From: Candidatus Margulisiibacteriota bacterium | Lineage (GTDB): Bacteria > Margulisbacteria > Marinamargulisbacteria > JBFWNS01 | NCBI GenBank assembly: GCA_050250935.1 | Contig: JBFWNS010000008.1 | Coordinates: 9,572-73,571 of the forward strand | Length of the DNA stretch: 64,000 nt | Direction of reading: 5' to 3' | Shown: positions 19,962-31,607 of the stretch, piece after piece | Numbering within the stretch: position 1 is the first letter of the stretch | Layout: each line of letters begins with the position of its first letter | The notes under the pieces: model-generated | What the model was told of the DNA's origin: nothing | The model's input: the letters and a program-made list of their open reading frames with translations, nothing else | The model's database searches: none | Translations under genes and position numbers: made by a program

Positions 19962-21277
19962 CACCCGAAAATTTAGTCCAATTACGGGCTCAAATTCGCG
20001 CTTTGGCCGAAACCTATGCCGAAGCGGCTTGGGCGGCCAAAGCGTATCAACCTGGTAATCCTGTGCCGCCGTCGGGCAAAGTGATTGGCGGTGCTGAAGC
20101 GGGGGCTATGGTCGAGGCGGCCTTGGACGGCTGGCTGACCACAGGCCGGTTTAACGATGCTTTTGAAGAAAGATTGGCTGCATTTGTGGGCCGTCGGTTT
20201 GCCTTGACCACCAACAGCGGCTCTTCGGCCAATTTGTTGGCCATGTCGGCTTTAACATCCCCGTTGTTGGGCGAAAAAGCAGTTGGTCCCGGCGATGAAA
20301 TCATCACGGTTGCCGCCGGCTTTCCCACCACCGTAAACCCGATTTTGCAAAACGGACTGATTCCCGTATTTGTGGACATTGAACTAGGCACCTATAACGT
20401 CGATGTGACCCAACTTGAGGCGGCAAGATCCCCCAAAACCCGTGGAGTGATGTTGGCCCATACCCTGGGCAATCCGTTTAATCTGGCGGCGGTGGGGCAG
20501 TTTTGTAAGTCCCATGACCTGTGGCTAATCGAAGACTGTTGCGATGCGTTGGGCTCGACCTATGCCGGTCAAAAGGTGGGCACCTTTGGTGATATTGCGA
20601 CCCTCAGTTTTTATCCCGCCCACCACATCACCATGGGCGAGGGTGGTGCGGTGTTAACCGATTCTCCGGTGTTAAAACGAGCATTACTGTCGTTTCGGGA
20701 TTGGGGGCGAGATTGTTTTTGCCCGCCGGGCAAAGACAACAGTTGTGGCAAACGGTTTGGGTGGAAACTGGGCGAATTGCCCGATGGCTATGATCACAAA
20801 TACATCTATTCTCATCTGGGTTACAACCTCAAAATTACCGATATGCAAGCCGCTTGCGGTTTAGCCCAGTTGGATCGTTTAGACGGGTTTATTCAGGCTC
20901 GAAAACACAATTTTGCCTTTCTAACAGCGGCCTTAAAGGCTAAAGGACTAGACTCGTATTTACTCTTGCCAACCGCCACGGCCAATAGCGATCCGGCTTG
21001 GTTTGGCTATCCGATTACCCTAAAACCCACCGCCCCCATTTCCCGCCTTCGCCTGCTTCAAAAATTGGATGCGGCTAAAATCGGAACCCGGCTGTTGTTC
21101 GGCGGCAATTTGCTCAAACAACCCTATATGAAACACCAACCCCACCGCGTGGTGGGCGACCTGACGGTAACCGACACGGTCATGGACCAAACGTTTTGGG
21201 TGGGGGTCTATCCGGGCCTGACCGAAGCGATGTTGATGGCGATTGCCGACCAAATAGAAGTCGCTTTAACCGATTAG
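19958..21277 (+). CDS. rfbH: CDP-4-keto-6-deoxyglucose 3-dehydratase (E1)
   Basis: [14 protein letters not shown] (His in place of Lys), [13 protein letters not shown]. Confidence 0.95.
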   Translation: MTPENLVQLRAQIRALAETYAEAAWAAKAYQPGNPVPPSGKVIGGAEAGAMVEAALDGWLTTGRFNDAFEERLAAFVGRRFALTTNSGSSANLLAMSALTSPLLGEKAVGPGDEIITVAAGFPTTVNPILQNGLIPVFVDIELGTYNVDVTQLEAARSPKTRGVMLAHTLGNPFNLAAVGQFCKSHDLWLIEDCCDALGSTYAGQKVGTFGDIATLSFYPAHHITMGEGGAVLTDSPVLKRALLSFRDWGRDCFCPPGKDNSCGKRFGWKLGELPDGYDHKYIYSHLGYNLKITDMQAACGLAQLDRLDGFIQARKHNFAFLTAALKAKGLDSYLLLPTATANSDPAWFGYPITLKPTAPISRLRLLQKLDAAKIGTRLLFGGNLLKQPYMKHQPHRVVGDLTVTDTVMDQTFWVGVYPGLTEAMLMAIADQIEVALTD

Positions 21278-22186
21278 CTTTCGCCAGAGTATTGAAAAAA
21301 AGAGGCGATAATTGAAGCAAAAAGGCCGAGGTTCCGTATAAAAATCTGAACGGGTTTTCAGGCCATAAATGGCCAGTTTTTTTGTATGACGTTTAAGTAA
21401 AAACCACAAACGTGTATTAAGGCTTGCGATTAAGTCAGGCCGATAGGTTTGGGCAAAAAAGGCCTTGGTTAAACTGTAAAAAACAGCCAACTTAATGTCT
21501 CCTGAATCTGCACTGATGGACCCGGGGTGGGCCCTAAAAAAGGCAAGGGGTTCTGCCACAAAGCCGAACTGAGCATACTGGTTTGCTGTTAGCAAAAACA
21601 ATAATAAATCATTGCCGATGGCATGCATCGCAAAATTGCTGTGAATGGGATTTGGGATGTCCAGCCACAGATTTTGACGTAGATCAGTAAGACGAAAGAG
21701 CGCGCATCCAGGAGAAAGGGGCATTGTATCGGTCAAAAATATACCCTGAATGTAAGTGTCGCTGGGGTAAAGTCCTGTAGCGCCGATCACACAGGCGGTG
21801 TGGGTAGGGGTTTCGGTCTGATCAACCATTTGGATGGCTGAAAAAACGAAGCCTATCGTTGGGTTTTGTTCGATCAAGGGAAGGGTTTTTTCAAGAAAGT
21901 CTGGGGCAATCCAGTCATCAGACCACACAATTTTGCCATAATCACCCCGTGCCTCTTGGATGCAGCGCAGCCAATTTTGCACAGGGCCCAGGTTGGTTTC
22001 ATTTTGAAAAGCCCGCACGCGAGAATCGGCTTTGGCATGGGCACAAATAATGTCCCACGTGCCGTCTGTGCTTGCATTGTCCACAACGATCACTTCAATG
22101 TCGGTGTGGGTTTGTGCTAGGGCGGATTCAAGGGTTTTTGAAACAACGTCTGCCCGATTAAAAACCGGAATAAGGATGCTAACCAA
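21266..22186 (-). CDS. GT2 glycosyltransferase
   Basis: [22 protein letters not shown]. Confidence 0.9.
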   Translation of the reverse strand: MVSILIPVFNRADVVSKTLESALAQTHTDIEVIVVDNASTDGTWDIICAHAKADSRVRAFQNETNLGPVQNWLRCIQEARGDYGKIVWSDDWIAPDFLEKTLPLIEQNPTIGFVFSAIQMVDQTETPTHTACVIGATGLYPSDTYIQGIFLTDTMPLSPGCALFRLTDLRQNLWLDIPNPIHSNFAMHAIGNDLLLFLLTANQYAQFGFVAEPLAFFRAHPGSISADSGDIKLAVFYSLTKAFFAQTYRPDLIASLNTRLWFLLKRHTKKLAIYGLKTRSDFYTEPRPFCFNYRLFFSILWRKLIG

Positions 22187-23198
22187 GGCTGGAAACCCAG
22201 GTTAACATGGCGTTGAGGCCTTGCTTAATGTCGACTTGTGGAGACCATCCCAACAGCCTTTCCGCCTTGCGAATGTCAGCTACAAAGACCTTTTGGTCGC
22301 TTTGACGTGGGGGTAAAGTGGTAGGGGTAAGTGAAATATTGAGCTGGGTTTCCAAATGTTGAAACAGCTCCAATAAAGATAAAGAATTGTTCATACCGCC
22401 GCCGATGTTAAAGACCTCACCTTTTAACCGATCGTGGTGCTGAACCGCATTAAAATACAACCGAACCATATCATCGGCATGCAAGACATCCCGTACTTGT
22501 TTGCCATTGCCGGAAATGGTGAAAGGGGTTGCAGGATTTTTCTTAATGTCCAACGCTTGTTGGCAAAACCATCCGATCCAACCTTGGTCAGTGGTGGCAA
22601 ATTGACGCCCTCCATACATGGAGGAGTGGCGGAACACCGCTGTTTTGAGGTTGAAAACTCGGGCATAATCCAACATATATTGGTCTGCGCATCCTTTGGA
22701 GCAGCCGTAGGGCGATCTAAAGTCCAGTGGCAACATCTCATCGAATCCGTTTTCAAATCCGGTGGCGATATAGCGGCGATCTGTTTCTTGATAGGAAAGG
22801 GTTTCCAAATCCCCATAAACCTTGTTGGTAGACGAGTACAACACCAGGGCTTGTGGGGCGTGTTGGCGAATGGCCTCTAAAACATTCAAAGTTCCCAGTG
22901 CGTTAATCTCAAAATCTTCTCGCGGGTTTGCAATGGATTGGGTCATGGTGACCTGTCCTGCTAAGTGAAAGACGACATCCGGTTGTGCAGCTAGAACCGC
23001 CTGTTCGACTTGGGCAGGGTGTCGGATATCGCCTTGAATAAAGGTAAAAGGGCCCTGGGTTTTCAACCATGTCAAATTGTGATCGCTTCCCACCCGATGG
23101 AGGTTGTCAAAAACGACCAAGTCCTCTTGCTGAAGGAGAACCTGATGGGCCAAATTAGACCCTAAAAATCCACATCCCCCAGTAATTAAATAACGCAA
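22179..23198 (-). CDS. rfbE: CDP-paratose 2-epimerase (tyvelose epimerase)-like
   Basis: [39 protein letters not shown]. Confidence 0.88.
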   Translation of the reverse strand: MRYLITGGCGFLGSNLAHQVLLQQEDLVVFDNLHRVGSDHNLTWLKTQGPFTFIQGDIRHPAQVEQAVLAAQPDVVFHLAGQVTMTQSIANPREDFEINALGTLNVLEAIRQHAPQALVLYSSTNKVYGDLETLSYQETDRRYIATGFENGFDEMLPLDFRSPYGCSKGCADQYMLDYARVFNLKTAVFRHSSMYGGRQFATTDQGWIGWFCQQALDIKKNPATPFTISGNGKQVRDVLHADDMVRLYFNAVQHHDRLKGEVFNIGGGMNNSLSLLELFQHLETQLNISLTPTTLPPRQSDQKVFVADIRKAERLLGWSPQVDIKQGLNAMLTWVSSLG

Positions 23199-24061
23199 TG
23201 CGAGCTCCTTTGATACGCGGTGATGGTTTCCTGAATGGCGGTTGGCCAGTCGGTTTGAGAAAAACCCAATTCGGTTGCCAGTGAACTCGCATTACACAGT
23301 GAACGGACGGGTCGCTTGTCAGTAGACAGTGTGTCCCATTGCCAGAATTCAGCATTAAACTCGGGTAAAAAAGGGTGTATGGTCTCTGCAAAATCCCGAA
23401 GGGACAGGGTGTTGCCGGAGCCGACATTCACAATGTGGGGCAGTGGCGTTCGATCCAGATACAGCCTTACCAAATGAATCAACCAGCGGGCGACATCTTT
23501 AATGTAGGCGTAGTCCCGTTGTTGTTGGCCGTTTGACAGAGACACAGGCTGTTGTTGAAGCTGGCTTAAAATAAGTGAGGGCACTAATTTGGATGTATCT
23601 TCACCGGGACCAAACAAGGCAAAGGGCCGAACAATGACATAATTTGGGTTTAAGTCTTGTTGGCCAAGATAGTGGGACATGAGCCATTTGGAAATCCCGT
23701 AAGGGGTTTTGGGAAGACAGGGGCTGGCTTCAGTCAGTTTGGGTTGATCAACGTCATACTCAAAGGCTGTGCCCAGTTGAATCCAAAACGGTTTTTTGGG
23801 GGCTTGGATTTCAAAAAAACGCCGGGCCTGAAGATAGTTGGTTTGTAATAAAACATCGGTATCGTGTTGGTGGTGAACAACGCCATACGCTGCGGCATTG
23901 ATAATGGCGTCGGCTTCAACGTTGTGCCAGGTCGCCTCATCCAACAGGTTTAGTGTCTGTTTGGTGGGTGCTATGAGGTGAAACGAGGGGATGTTTTGGA
24001 TTGCAGTACACAGGTGGCGACCTAAAAATCCAGTTGCACCCAAAACCAAGACTCGTGTCAT
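23186..24061 (-). CDS. NAD-dependent epimerase/reductase, probable CDP-paratose or abequose synthase
   Basis: GATGFLG, YGISK, RDYAYI; context in the dideoxyhexose cluster. Confidence 0.75.
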   Translation of the reverse strand: MTRVLVLGATGFLGRHLCTAIQNIPSFHLIAPTKQTLNLLDEATWHNVEADAIINAAAYGVVHHQHDTDVLLQTNYLQARRFFEIQAPKKPFWIQLGTAFEYDVDQPKLTEASPCLPKTPYGISKWLMSHYLGQQDLNPNYVIVRPFALFGPGEDTSKLVPSLILSQLQQQPVSLSNGQQQRDYAYIKDVARWLIHLVRLYLDRTPLPHIVNVGSGNTLSLRDFAETIHPFLPEFNAEFWQWDTLSTDKRPVRSLCNASSLATELGFSQTDWPTAIQETITAYQRSSHCVI

Positions 24062-24085
24062 AAAACATCCTAATGATAGGGGGAC

Positions 24086-24162
24086 TGGTGGCGGTGACTA
24101 GATTCGAACTAGTGGCACTACGGGTATGAACCGTATGCTCTAACCAACTGAGCTACACCGCC
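24086..24162 (-). tRNA. tRNA-Met (CAT), elongator type
   Basis: GGCGGTGTAGCTCAG...TTCATAC...GTTCGAATC...CCA; paired G1-C72. Confidence 0.93.
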
Positions 24163-24233
24163 ATGGGTCTAAAAAGAGCATTAAAACTAGCATATTGTTC
24201 TTGAGGGGACAATATTTATGCTAAATTAGCGCC

Positions 24234-24821
24234 ATGGATGCGTTTTCGATCACCAAACGGCACTACGATTTAATCATTCAACAGGCCTTGGCCAACTTGC
24301 CCCAAGAATCGGGCGGGTTTGTGGGGGGTAAAGAGGGCGTCATTCAAGGGGTGATGCCGGTGTTTAACCAACACCTTTACAACAAAACCGATACCTTTGG
24401 GGTTACCGCCGACGATGTGTTGCGGGCCCACGAATTTTTCGCCAAACATGGCCTAGACTGCTACGGGGTCTACCACAGCCACCCAAAGGGCATCCCCGAG
24501 CCCTCCGAACAAGACATTAAAACGCGCCAGAAATACCATTTTATTGTGGGGCTTCGAAATCCCAAAAAACCCATCCTCAATGCCTTTATTGTCGAGGGGA
24601 CCAAACCCAGACAACTGCCCTTGCGCATTATTAACGACAATTATTTCAAACCGATCTCTGGCCCGATTGCCAAAGAGTCAAAGCCCAATTTGGCTGGGGA
24701 TTTGCAACACGAAGCCCAAGCCTTGGGCGAACTCTTGAACGACATGAAATACCAACGTCTCAAATATCCCCGCCTGGATCCCAAAGAGTTTGAAGATTCC
24801 GATTTTAGTACGCTGGCATAA
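24234..24821 (+). CDS. JAB/MPN (M67) metallopeptidase
   Basis: PQESGG, YHSHP, PSEQD JAMM motif. Confidence 0.88.
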   Translation: MDAFSITKRHYDLIIQQALANLPQESGGFVGGKEGVIQGVMPVFNQHLYNKTDTFGVTADDVLRAHEFFAKHGLDCYGVYHSHPKGIPEPSEQDIKTRQKYHFIVGLRNPKKPILNAFIVEGTKPRQLPLRIINDNYFKPISGPIAKESKPNLAGDLQHEAQALGELLNDMKYQRLKYPRLDPKEFEDSDFSTLA

Positions 24822-24883
24822 CAAAACAAATTGGCGACCTTGGGGGCTTACGGGGGTTGTGTGTTCGGTAAAAAAAAGGCAAG

Positions 24884-25759
24884 ATGCTAGGGATGTCTTC
24901 TCTTACCGTTTTTATGTTGCCCAAGGCCTTTGAGGGCCTGTTTGATATCCTTCAGCGCAACGCCATCGAAAGTTGGTTGCAGGTCTATCCCAAACCCACC
25001 CTGATTTTATTTGGCGACGAAGCAGGTACCGCCGAAGTGGCCAAAGAATATGGGCTGATGCACCGCCCACACATCGCCAGAAACGATCTGGGCACCCCCT
25101 TGGTCAACGATTTGTTTGTCCAGGCCACGGCCCTGTCGGATTCCCCTTTTTACTGTTTTGTAAATGCCGATATTGTGGTGGACCCCCGTGTGGCCCAGTT
25201 GGTGGATACGGTAACCCATCAACAGACCAGGGTATTGCTGGTGTCCCGTCGTTGGGATGTCGAGGTGAATACCCGCATCGATTGGGCCCACCCCAATGCC
25301 GAAGCAGGACTTGAGACCCTGCAAGCCAAAGCCAAGGCTCAAGGGGCTTTGTATCCCCCCGTTGGCATGGATTTATTTGTGTTTCCCAAAGGTTTTTTTG
25401 ATGCCATGCCGCCTTTTTCCATTGGTTGGCCTGGGGCCAAATACGACAATTGGATGGTGTATTATGCCCGCAAAAAGCGGTTGTCCGTGGTGGATGTCAC
25501 CTTGGCCATGACCACCTTGCACCAAAACCACCCCACCGGCTTTGCCCACAATCCAGCCAAGCAAAAAGAGCATCTGATTAACCTTAAGCTCGCAGGTGGC
25601 TATGGGCATTGTTACGATTCGATGGATGCAACGTATTTTATGGACGAAGAGTGGGGCCTACACCGCCGCATTTCGCTTCGTGCTCGGTGGCGGGTGTGGA
25701 TCAAGCGATGGCTTCAGCGTGTGATCGATCCCATTCGTTTGCCCTTAAGGAAAGCTTAA
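24884..25759 (+). CDS. glycosyltransferase-like protein (GT-A type)
   Basis: FVNADI, DLFVF, YDNW, HQNH; co-oriented with GT genes. Confidence 0.65.
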   Translation: MLGMSSLTVFMLPKAFEGLFDILQRNAIESWLQVYPKPTLILFGDEAGTAEVAKEYGLMHRPHIARNDLGTPLVNDLFVQATALSDSPFYCFVNADIVVDPRVAQLVDTVTHQQTRVLLVSRRWDVEVNTRIDWAHPNAEAGLETLQAKAKAQGALYPPVGMDLFVFPKGFFDAMPPFSIGWPGAKYDNWMVYYARKKRLSVVDVTLAMTTLHQNHPTGFAHNPAKQKEHLINLKLAGGYGHCYDSMDATYFMDEEWGLHRRISLRARWRVWIKRWLQRVIDPIRLPLRKA

Positions 25760-26917
25760 ATGATGTCCAAGGCCTCTCCCAAATTAGCCATTGTTCACAA
25801 TGTTATTTCGCCCTACAAAACCGTTTTGTTTAACCAACTCAAAACGGCTTGGCCAAACCTGGCTGTGCTCTATTTTGCCCCCACCGAAAAAATGCGGGAC
25901 TGGCGGGTCGACCGAGAGGATATTACCTACGAGCATCAGGTATTGTTTGAAAAACCTTTGGACGATATCGGTCCTTGGGCGCTTTTCAAAGCCGTTTGGA
26001 AGGCTTTGGATGATGTGAATCCCGACATCGTCTTGGTCTGCGAATACATCAAGACAGGGTACTGGGCGGCTTTGTTTTGGGCCATGAAAAACCGAAAAAA
26101 ACGCATTTTTTGGACCGAAACAACAGCCGAAGACCGTCCCCGAATCTGGATCAAAGAGCAAGTCAAACGCTGGTTTATCCGTCAGTTTCAGGCGGGATTG
26201 GCCCAAAGTTCGAAAAGCAAGCGCTATATGCACGAATTGGGCATGCCCTACGACCACATTTGGGTTAAAGGATATGTCACCGACAACGATTTTTATGCCA
26301 CAGCCTATGCCAAAGAGCGCGAAAACCGAGACGCACTACAGGCAAAATATGATATGCCCAAGCACAATTTTTTATTTGTAGGTCGTTTGGCCAAAGAAAA
26401 AAACCTGTTGTTTTTGTTGTCTGCCTTTAAAAAAGCCCGAGACCATGGCTGCGATTGGGGATTGATCTTGGTTGGCGATGGTCCGATGCGCCGGATTTTG
26501 GAAGCCTATGTTTTAAATTGTAAGTTGGAAAAAGTGGTTCATTTTGCTGGGTTTGTGCAAAAAGAAGGATTGGCCCCGTTTCAGGCCATGTCCGATGTGT
26601 TTGTGCTTCCCAGTGTTTCCGAGCCTTGGGGATTGGTGGTGAACGAAGCCATGGCCTGTGGGTTGCCCGTGTTGGTGTCCACCCGCTGCGGGTGTTTTCC
26701 AGACATCGTTCGAGACCGCGAAAATGGGTTTTCCTTTGACCCCACCGACGAACACGAGTTGGTTGATTTAATGTTCAAGCTCTCGGACGGTCGCTATAAC
26801 CTTGCCGAAATGGGAAAAGCGTCGATAGAAATCATGACCCAATTTACCCCACAAACCTCGGTGGCCGTCATGAAAACAGTGTTGGATGCGGTGGCGACGA
26901 TGCCCGAGTTGGCATGA
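25760..26917 (+). CDS. GT4 glycosyltransferase
   Basis: FVGRLAKEKN, EPWGLVVNEAMACG. Confidence 0.93.
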   Translation: MMSKASPKLAIVHNVISPYKTVLFNQLKTAWPNLAVLYFAPTEKMRDWRVDREDITYEHQVLFEKPLDDIGPWALFKAVWKALDDVNPDIVLVCEYIKTGYWAALFWAMKNRKKRIFWTETTAEDRPRIWIKEQVKRWFIRQFQAGLAQSSKSKRYMHELGMPYDHIWVKGYVTDNDFYATAYAKERENRDALQAKYDMPKHNFLFVGRLAKEKNLLFLLSAFKKARDHGCDWGLILVGDGPMRRILEAYVLNCKLEKVVHFAGFVQKEGLAPFQAMSDVFVLPSVSEPWGLVVNEAMACGLPVLVSTRCGCFPDIVRDRENGFSFDPTDEHELVDLMFKLSDGRYNLAEMGKASIEIMTQFTPQTSVAVMKTVLDAVATMPELA

Positions 26918-28041
26918 GGGTTTGGCGGGGGGTGTGGGGGCTTCTGGTTCTGGGTCTGGATTGGCTTTGGTGTCGACTGTTGCTGCCAGAAAGCACCCAT
27001 CGCAAGCAAATTCTGGTGGTTCGACTGGACGCGATAGGCGATTTCGTATTGTGGATGAACACCCAGCGAATTTTGCAACGCGAATTTCCAGATGCAGGCA
27101 TGACCTTGGTTTGTCACGAGGATGTCCAAGAATTGGCCGAAACCCTGGGTTGCCAGATTATTCCAGTCTCTCCCAAACGATTTGAAACCCAGCTGGGCTA
27201 TCGCTTTGGACTATTAAGACAATTAAGGCAAAAACGGTTTCAGTTGGCATTGCATCCTGTGCTTTCTCGGTACCAACATGCGGGTACAGCAGAAGCCATC
27301 ATACGCGCCGTTGAGGCAGATCAAAAAGTAGGGTGGCAAGTTCAAAAAACCGGCATTCGTGGGATGGTGGCAAAGGTGACAGCCCGATGGTATACCCAGC
27401 TGATTGTTCAAAACCATCCCCACGAGCTGATGAACAACCTGGCTTTCGCCACCCGGATCACCGGAGCCAACATTAGCCCTATTTTGCCCCAATTACCCCC
27501 CCATTCTAGGCCAATTTCCGAGCCCTATGTGGTGGTCTTTCCAGGCAGCCGAGTGGGCCTCAAAAATTGGCCTCAAGTTGCCTTTGCCAAAACCATTCGC
27601 GAACTTGGAACTCACCACACTTGTACTGTGGTACTGTGCGGAGGCCCCTCCGAAGCAGCTGCTTTTGATCCCCAACTTTGGGCCGGCATACCAATTCAAA
27701 ACGAGCTTGGGAAAACCACGTTAACCCAACTTTTCGCCCTGCTTCAGCATGCCCAATGTGTGATATCTAACGACACCGCTGCTGCCCACATTGCAGCCGC
27801 CTACGGCACACCTACCATTGTGGTGATGGGCGGTGGGCAATGGGGCCGATTTTTTCCCTATCCGCCAGAACTCCAGGCCGATCACGTTGCCATCGTGAAC
27901 CACGAAATGCCCTGCTATGGCTGCGATTGGAATTGTCCTTTTGTGGCCTCCAAAAAGGAAACGGCGCCTTGTATTGCCCAAATTCCAGTGGACCGGGTTG
28001 TGGCCGAAGCCAACCGATTGCTAAAGACCAACCTCGGCTAA
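26914..28041 (+). CDS. GT9 (heptosyltransferase-like) glycosyltransferase
   Basis: RLDAIGD, KNWP, SNDTAAAHIA, C-terminal Cys cluster. Confidence 0.9.
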   Translation: MRVWRGVWGLLVLGLDWLWCRLLLPESTHRKQILVVRLDAIGDFVLWMNTQRILQREFPDAGMTLVCHEDVQELAETLGCQIIPVSPKRFETQLGYRFGLLRQLRQKRFQLALHPVLSRYQHAGTAEAIIRAVEADQKVGWQVQKTGIRGMVAKVTARWYTQLIVQNHPHELMNNLAFATRITGANISPILPQLPPHSRPISEPYVVVFPGSRVGLKNWPQVAFAKTIRELGTHHTCTVVLCGGPSEAAAFDPQLWAGIPIQNELGKTTLTQLFALLQHAQCVISNDTAAAHIAAAYGTPTIVVMGGGQWGRFFPYPPELQADHVAIVNHEMPCYGCDWNCPFVASKKETAPCIAQIPVDRVVAEANRLLKTNLG

Positions 28042-28117
28042 AACCTACACCATTTGGGACAATTTTGGTAAAATTTCCCACCTAAAAAACTTCAAAAAAT
28101 CCAAGGAGGTTTCTTTA

Positions 28118-29926
28118 ATGAGCGCAGCCACCCACATCACCGGCGATATTTCTATCCACACCCAAAATATTTTTCCCATCATCAAAAAATGGCTGTATTC
28201 CGAGCACGAAATTTTCATGCGCGAATTGGTTTCGAATGCCCACGATGCCATCACCAAACGACGCCAAATCGCGGTTCACGAACAATGGCCCTTGCCGCCA
28301 GAAGGGCATATCGATATTCAACTCAACGAAGCCGAAAAAACCATCACCCTTTCCGACAACGGCTTGGGAATGGATGCAGAAGACATTCAACAATACATCA
28401 ACCAAATTGCCTTTTCTGGGGCCGAAGATTTTGTCAAAAAATACCAAAACAACCAAGAAAACCCGGACATTATTGGTCATTTTGGGCTTGGTTTTTATTC
28501 GGCGTTTATGGTGGCCGATGTGGTCGAAATTATCTCCAAATCCCACAAAGAAGGGGCCACGGCAGTTAAGTGGCGCTGCGATGGATCGACTTCGTTTGAA
28601 ATTACCGACGCCCACCGAGCCGAGGTTGGCACCGATATAGTGCTGCATGTGCTCAATCCCGAAAATGAAGGGTTTCTTAAGCCCGAAAAACTCAAAGAAC
28701 TGGTTCAAAAATACGCCAATTTTTTGCCCGTTCGAATTACTGTGGGTGGGGAAACCGCCAACGACCAAAACCCATTGTGGATGAAGTCTCCCCAAGAGGT
28801 TACTGACGAACAATACAAAGCGTTTTACCAAACCCTGTTTCCCTTCAGCCAAGAGCCGTTGTTTTGGATTCATTTGAATGTGGACTATCCCTTTAATTTG
28901 AAAGGGATTTTGTACTTCCCCAAATTGGCCCACGAACTGGACAGCGCCAAAGGAAAAATTAAACTGTTTTGCCAGCAAGTGTTTGTAACGGATACGGCCA
29001 AAGACATCGTGCCGGATTTTTTAACCGTGTTGCAAGGCGCCATCGATTGCCCCAATATCCCGTTAAACGTGTCCCGAAGCTATCTGCAAAACGATCCAGA
29101 AGTTCAAAAAATCGCCAAACACATTGTTAAAAAAGTAGCCGATAAATTGGCCGAACTCTTCAAATCCGACCGGGCGGCTTTCGAATCCTATTGGAAAGAC
29201 ATTCATCCCTTCATCAAATTTGGAATGATGCAAAACGACGATTTTTATCAAAAAACCAAAGACCTGGTTGTCTTTAATTCAACCGCCGAGGCCATGACCA
29301 CTGTGGCCGAATACCAAGCACGAAACCAAGAACAGCTCGACAAAAAAGTGCTGTATTCCACCGACAAAGATGCCCAAGCCTCTTACATTCAACTCTGCAA
29401 AGACCAGGGGTTGGAAGTGGTGTTTTTGGAAGCGGTGATCGATTCGCATTTTATTCAGTTTTTGGAAGGCAAGCAGGATGGTCTTAAATTTGTATCGGTG
29501 GACACCCAATTGGCCGATCACCTCATGGACACCAAAGCCGATGATGAAGCCACTAAAGCCAAAACAGCCGAAATTGAAACCCTGTTTAAATCGGTACTGG
29601 GCGATATGCAGCTTCGGGTAGAGCCCTTAAAAAACCAAACGGTTTCGGCCATGATGTTGCAAGACGAAACCATGAAACGGTTCAAAGAAATGAGTGTGCT
29701 TATGCAACGCAACACGGGCTCGGATTTTATGCTCCAAACCCTGGTGATCAATCAAAACAGCCCTGTGGTTCAAAAGATCCTGGGCTTGCATCAAACCAAT
29801 CCCGACGATGCCCAAATTAAGGTGCTGTGTCAGCAGGTTTTGGACCTGGCGAAATTGGCTCAAAAACCCCTCACCGGCGCCGAGATGCAAGCCTTTATCG
29901 AACGATCCAACGCATTGCTAGTGTAA
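28118..29926 (+). CDS. htpG: Hsp90 chaperone HtpG
   Basis: RELVSNAHDA, DNGLGM, IGHFGLGFYS, PLNVSRS. Confidence 0.97.
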   Translation: MSAATHITGDISIHTQNIFPIIKKWLYSEHEIFMRELVSNAHDAITKRRQIAVHEQWPLPPEGHIDIQLNEAEKTITLSDNGLGMDAEDIQQYINQIAFSGAEDFVKKYQNNQENPDIIGHFGLGFYSAFMVADVVEIISKSHKEGATAVKWRCDGSTSFEITDAHRAEVGTDIVLHVLNPENEGFLKPEKLKELVQKYANFLPVRITVGGETANDQNPLWMKSPQEVTDEQYKAFYQTLFPFSQEPLFWIHLNVDYPFNLKGILYFPKLAHELDSAKGKIKLFCQQVFVTDTAKDIVPDFLTVLQGAIDCPNIPLNVSRSYLQNDPEVQKIAKHIVKKVADKLAELFKSDRAAFESYWKDIHPFIKFGMMQNDDFYQKTKDLVVFNSTAEAMTTVAEYQARNQEQLDKKVLYSTDKDAQASYIQLCKDQGLEVVFLEAVIDSHFIQFLEGKQDGLKFVSVDTQLADHLMDTKADDEATKAKTAEIETLFKSVLGDMQLRVEPLKNQTVSAMMLQDETMKRFKEMSVLMQRNTGSDFMLQTLVINQNSPVVQKILGLHQTNPDDAQIKVLCQQVLDLAKLAQKPLTGAEMQAFIERSNALLV

Positions 29927-29949
29927 CCAGATTGGGCTACCATGAACAC

Positions 29950-30561
29950 ATGATCTATTCGACCCTCCAGACCTTTTTGCGCAAGCATTTGTACATTGTT
30001 TTTAACGAACGATTCACCAACGATGCCGTGCACAATCACCTCGAACGCATGGTGGCCAAACACCCCAAAACCAAGCCGGAACTCATCGTGCTTAACGATC
30101 AGCCCGTTGGATTTCGGGGGTTGGAGGCCGAGGCCAAAAGTTTGGAAAAATACCGCATTTATGTCGAGCTGGAATATGCCAAAGACGAGGATGCCCGCTA
30201 TCTGGATGTGTTTGACCTTTACACCGAAGTTCGAATCAAAAGCAACGACAAACTTAGCGAGATCCTGGCACTGGGTCATTTGTACGAAGATGTGGTCACC
30301 TTGGATCGCATTCGCCGCCTAAAAGACGGTGGCGAAGAAGGGATCTTAATTTATTCCCGATTGGGCGAATCCATAATGGAAGCCTGTTTGGAGCAAGATT
30401 TGGAAGAGGGGCTGCTAACCCAAGAGGACATCGAAGTGCTACTCGATCAGCAATTGTCTGGTTTTTTAAAATTTATTCAAGATTTTGATGCAGTATATTT
30501 TAGAGGGCTTCCCATCGAGGCCCTGGGAAAGGCGGCCAAATTTCGTGAATTTCCTCTCTAA
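29950..30561 (+). CDS. hypothetical protein
   Basis: Acidic ORF with host-like codon usage; TACCAT-N6-ATG leaderless start. Confidence 0.7.
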   Translation: MIYSTLQTFLRKHLYIVFNERFTNDAVHNHLERMVAKHPKTKPELIVLNDQPVGFRGLEAEAKSLEKYRIYVELEYAKDEDARYLDVFDLYTEVRIKSNDKLSEILALGHLYEDVVTLDRIRRLKDGGEEGILIYSRLGESIMEACLEQDLEEGLLTQEDIEVLLDQQLSGFLKFIQDFDAVYFRGLPIEALGKAAKFREFPL

Positions 30562-31555
30562 GCTGAACCGTCAGCAATCGTTGACGGTAGAAGAAAGCCA
30601 AGCGTTGCTTCGCGCGATGTTTTCTGGCGATTTGTCTTTAGAAGACACCAAAGCAGCCCTGGTTGCCCTCCGAGACAAGGGGGAAACCGTCGACGAGTTG
30701 TTCGGTTTTGTCACCGTCATGCGCGAGGCCATGACACCCATTCACTTGGCGCATCCCGCCATCGATGTGTGTGGAACTGGTGGCAGTGGCCAAGACCGAT
30801 TCAATACCTCGACAGCAGTGGCCTTTTTGTTGGCATCCAGAGGGATTGGCGTGGCCAAACATGGCAATCGGGGGTCGGTATTGCCGAATGGCAGTTTCGA
30901 TTTTCTAGAAACCTTGGGCATTCCCTTCGATCTCAGTGTCGAGCAGCATCAAGCCCTGTATGCCGAAACCAATCTGTGTTTTTTGTTTGCCAGGTCTTTT
31001 CATCCGGCTGTAGCCAAATTGGCCCAAGCGCGAAAAGAAATTGGGGGCCGAACCGTGTTTAATTTACTGGGTCCCCTTTGCAATCCGGCTGGGGTTCAAA
31101 CCCAACTCATTGGTACCTCGTCTGTACAGAATGCCGAAAAATTGGTCGATGTTTGCAAGCGATTGAAGATGGATCGGGTTTTGGTTGTGGTCAGTGACCA
31201 TGGGTTGGACGAACTGTCTCCCATCCAGTCCAACACCCTCTTTGAACTTAAAAATGGGGTGATTGTGCGCAAAACAGAGGCCGAAAACCGCATGCCAGAA
31301 TCCCTTTCGGTGACGGGTTTGGGCACCCTACAACAAAATGCAACCCTGTTTGAATCCATTCTCAAAGGCGAGCACCGAAATCACTTGATTGCCCATCAAA
31401 TTTCTCTGAACGCCGGGGCTGCCCTCTATTTGTTGGGAGAGGCCGCGTCCTTGGTTCATGGCTATATGGCGGCCGATAGTGTGTTGCGAACAGGTGCTGT
31501 TTGGAAATTTTTTGAAAGCTATCGCCAAAAAGCCCAAAACATCAAGACAAACTAG
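30545..31555 (+). CDS. trpD: anthranilate phosphoribosyltransferase
   Basis: DVCGTGG, FNTST, KHGNR, RTVFNLLGPLCNP, GLDE. Confidence 0.95.
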   Translation: MNFLSKLNRQQSLTVEESQALLRAMFSGDLSLEDTKAALVALRDKGETVDELFGFVTVMREAMTPIHLAHPAIDVCGTGGSGQDRFNTSTAVAFLLASRGIGVAKHGNRGSVLPNGSFDFLETLGIPFDLSVEQHQALYAETNLCFLFARSFHPAVAKLAQARKEIGGRTVFNLLGPLCNPAGVQTQLIGTSSVQNAEKLVDVCKRLKMDRVLVVVSDHGLDELSPIQSNTLFELKNGVIVRKTEAENRMPESLSVTGLGTLQQNATLFESILKGEHRNHLIAHQISLNAGAALYLLGEAASLVHGYMAADSVLRTGAVWKFFESYRQKAQNIKTN

Positions 31556-31607
31556 CGCATTTCTGTTAAACTTTCCCCCAATTACCCCGTGCAAAAAGGA
31601 GTTTATC

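Noticed and set aside
24234..24821. JAB protein as part of CBASS or a ubiquitin-like conjugation system
   Set aside because: No E1/E2, ubiquitin-like or cyclase gene nearby
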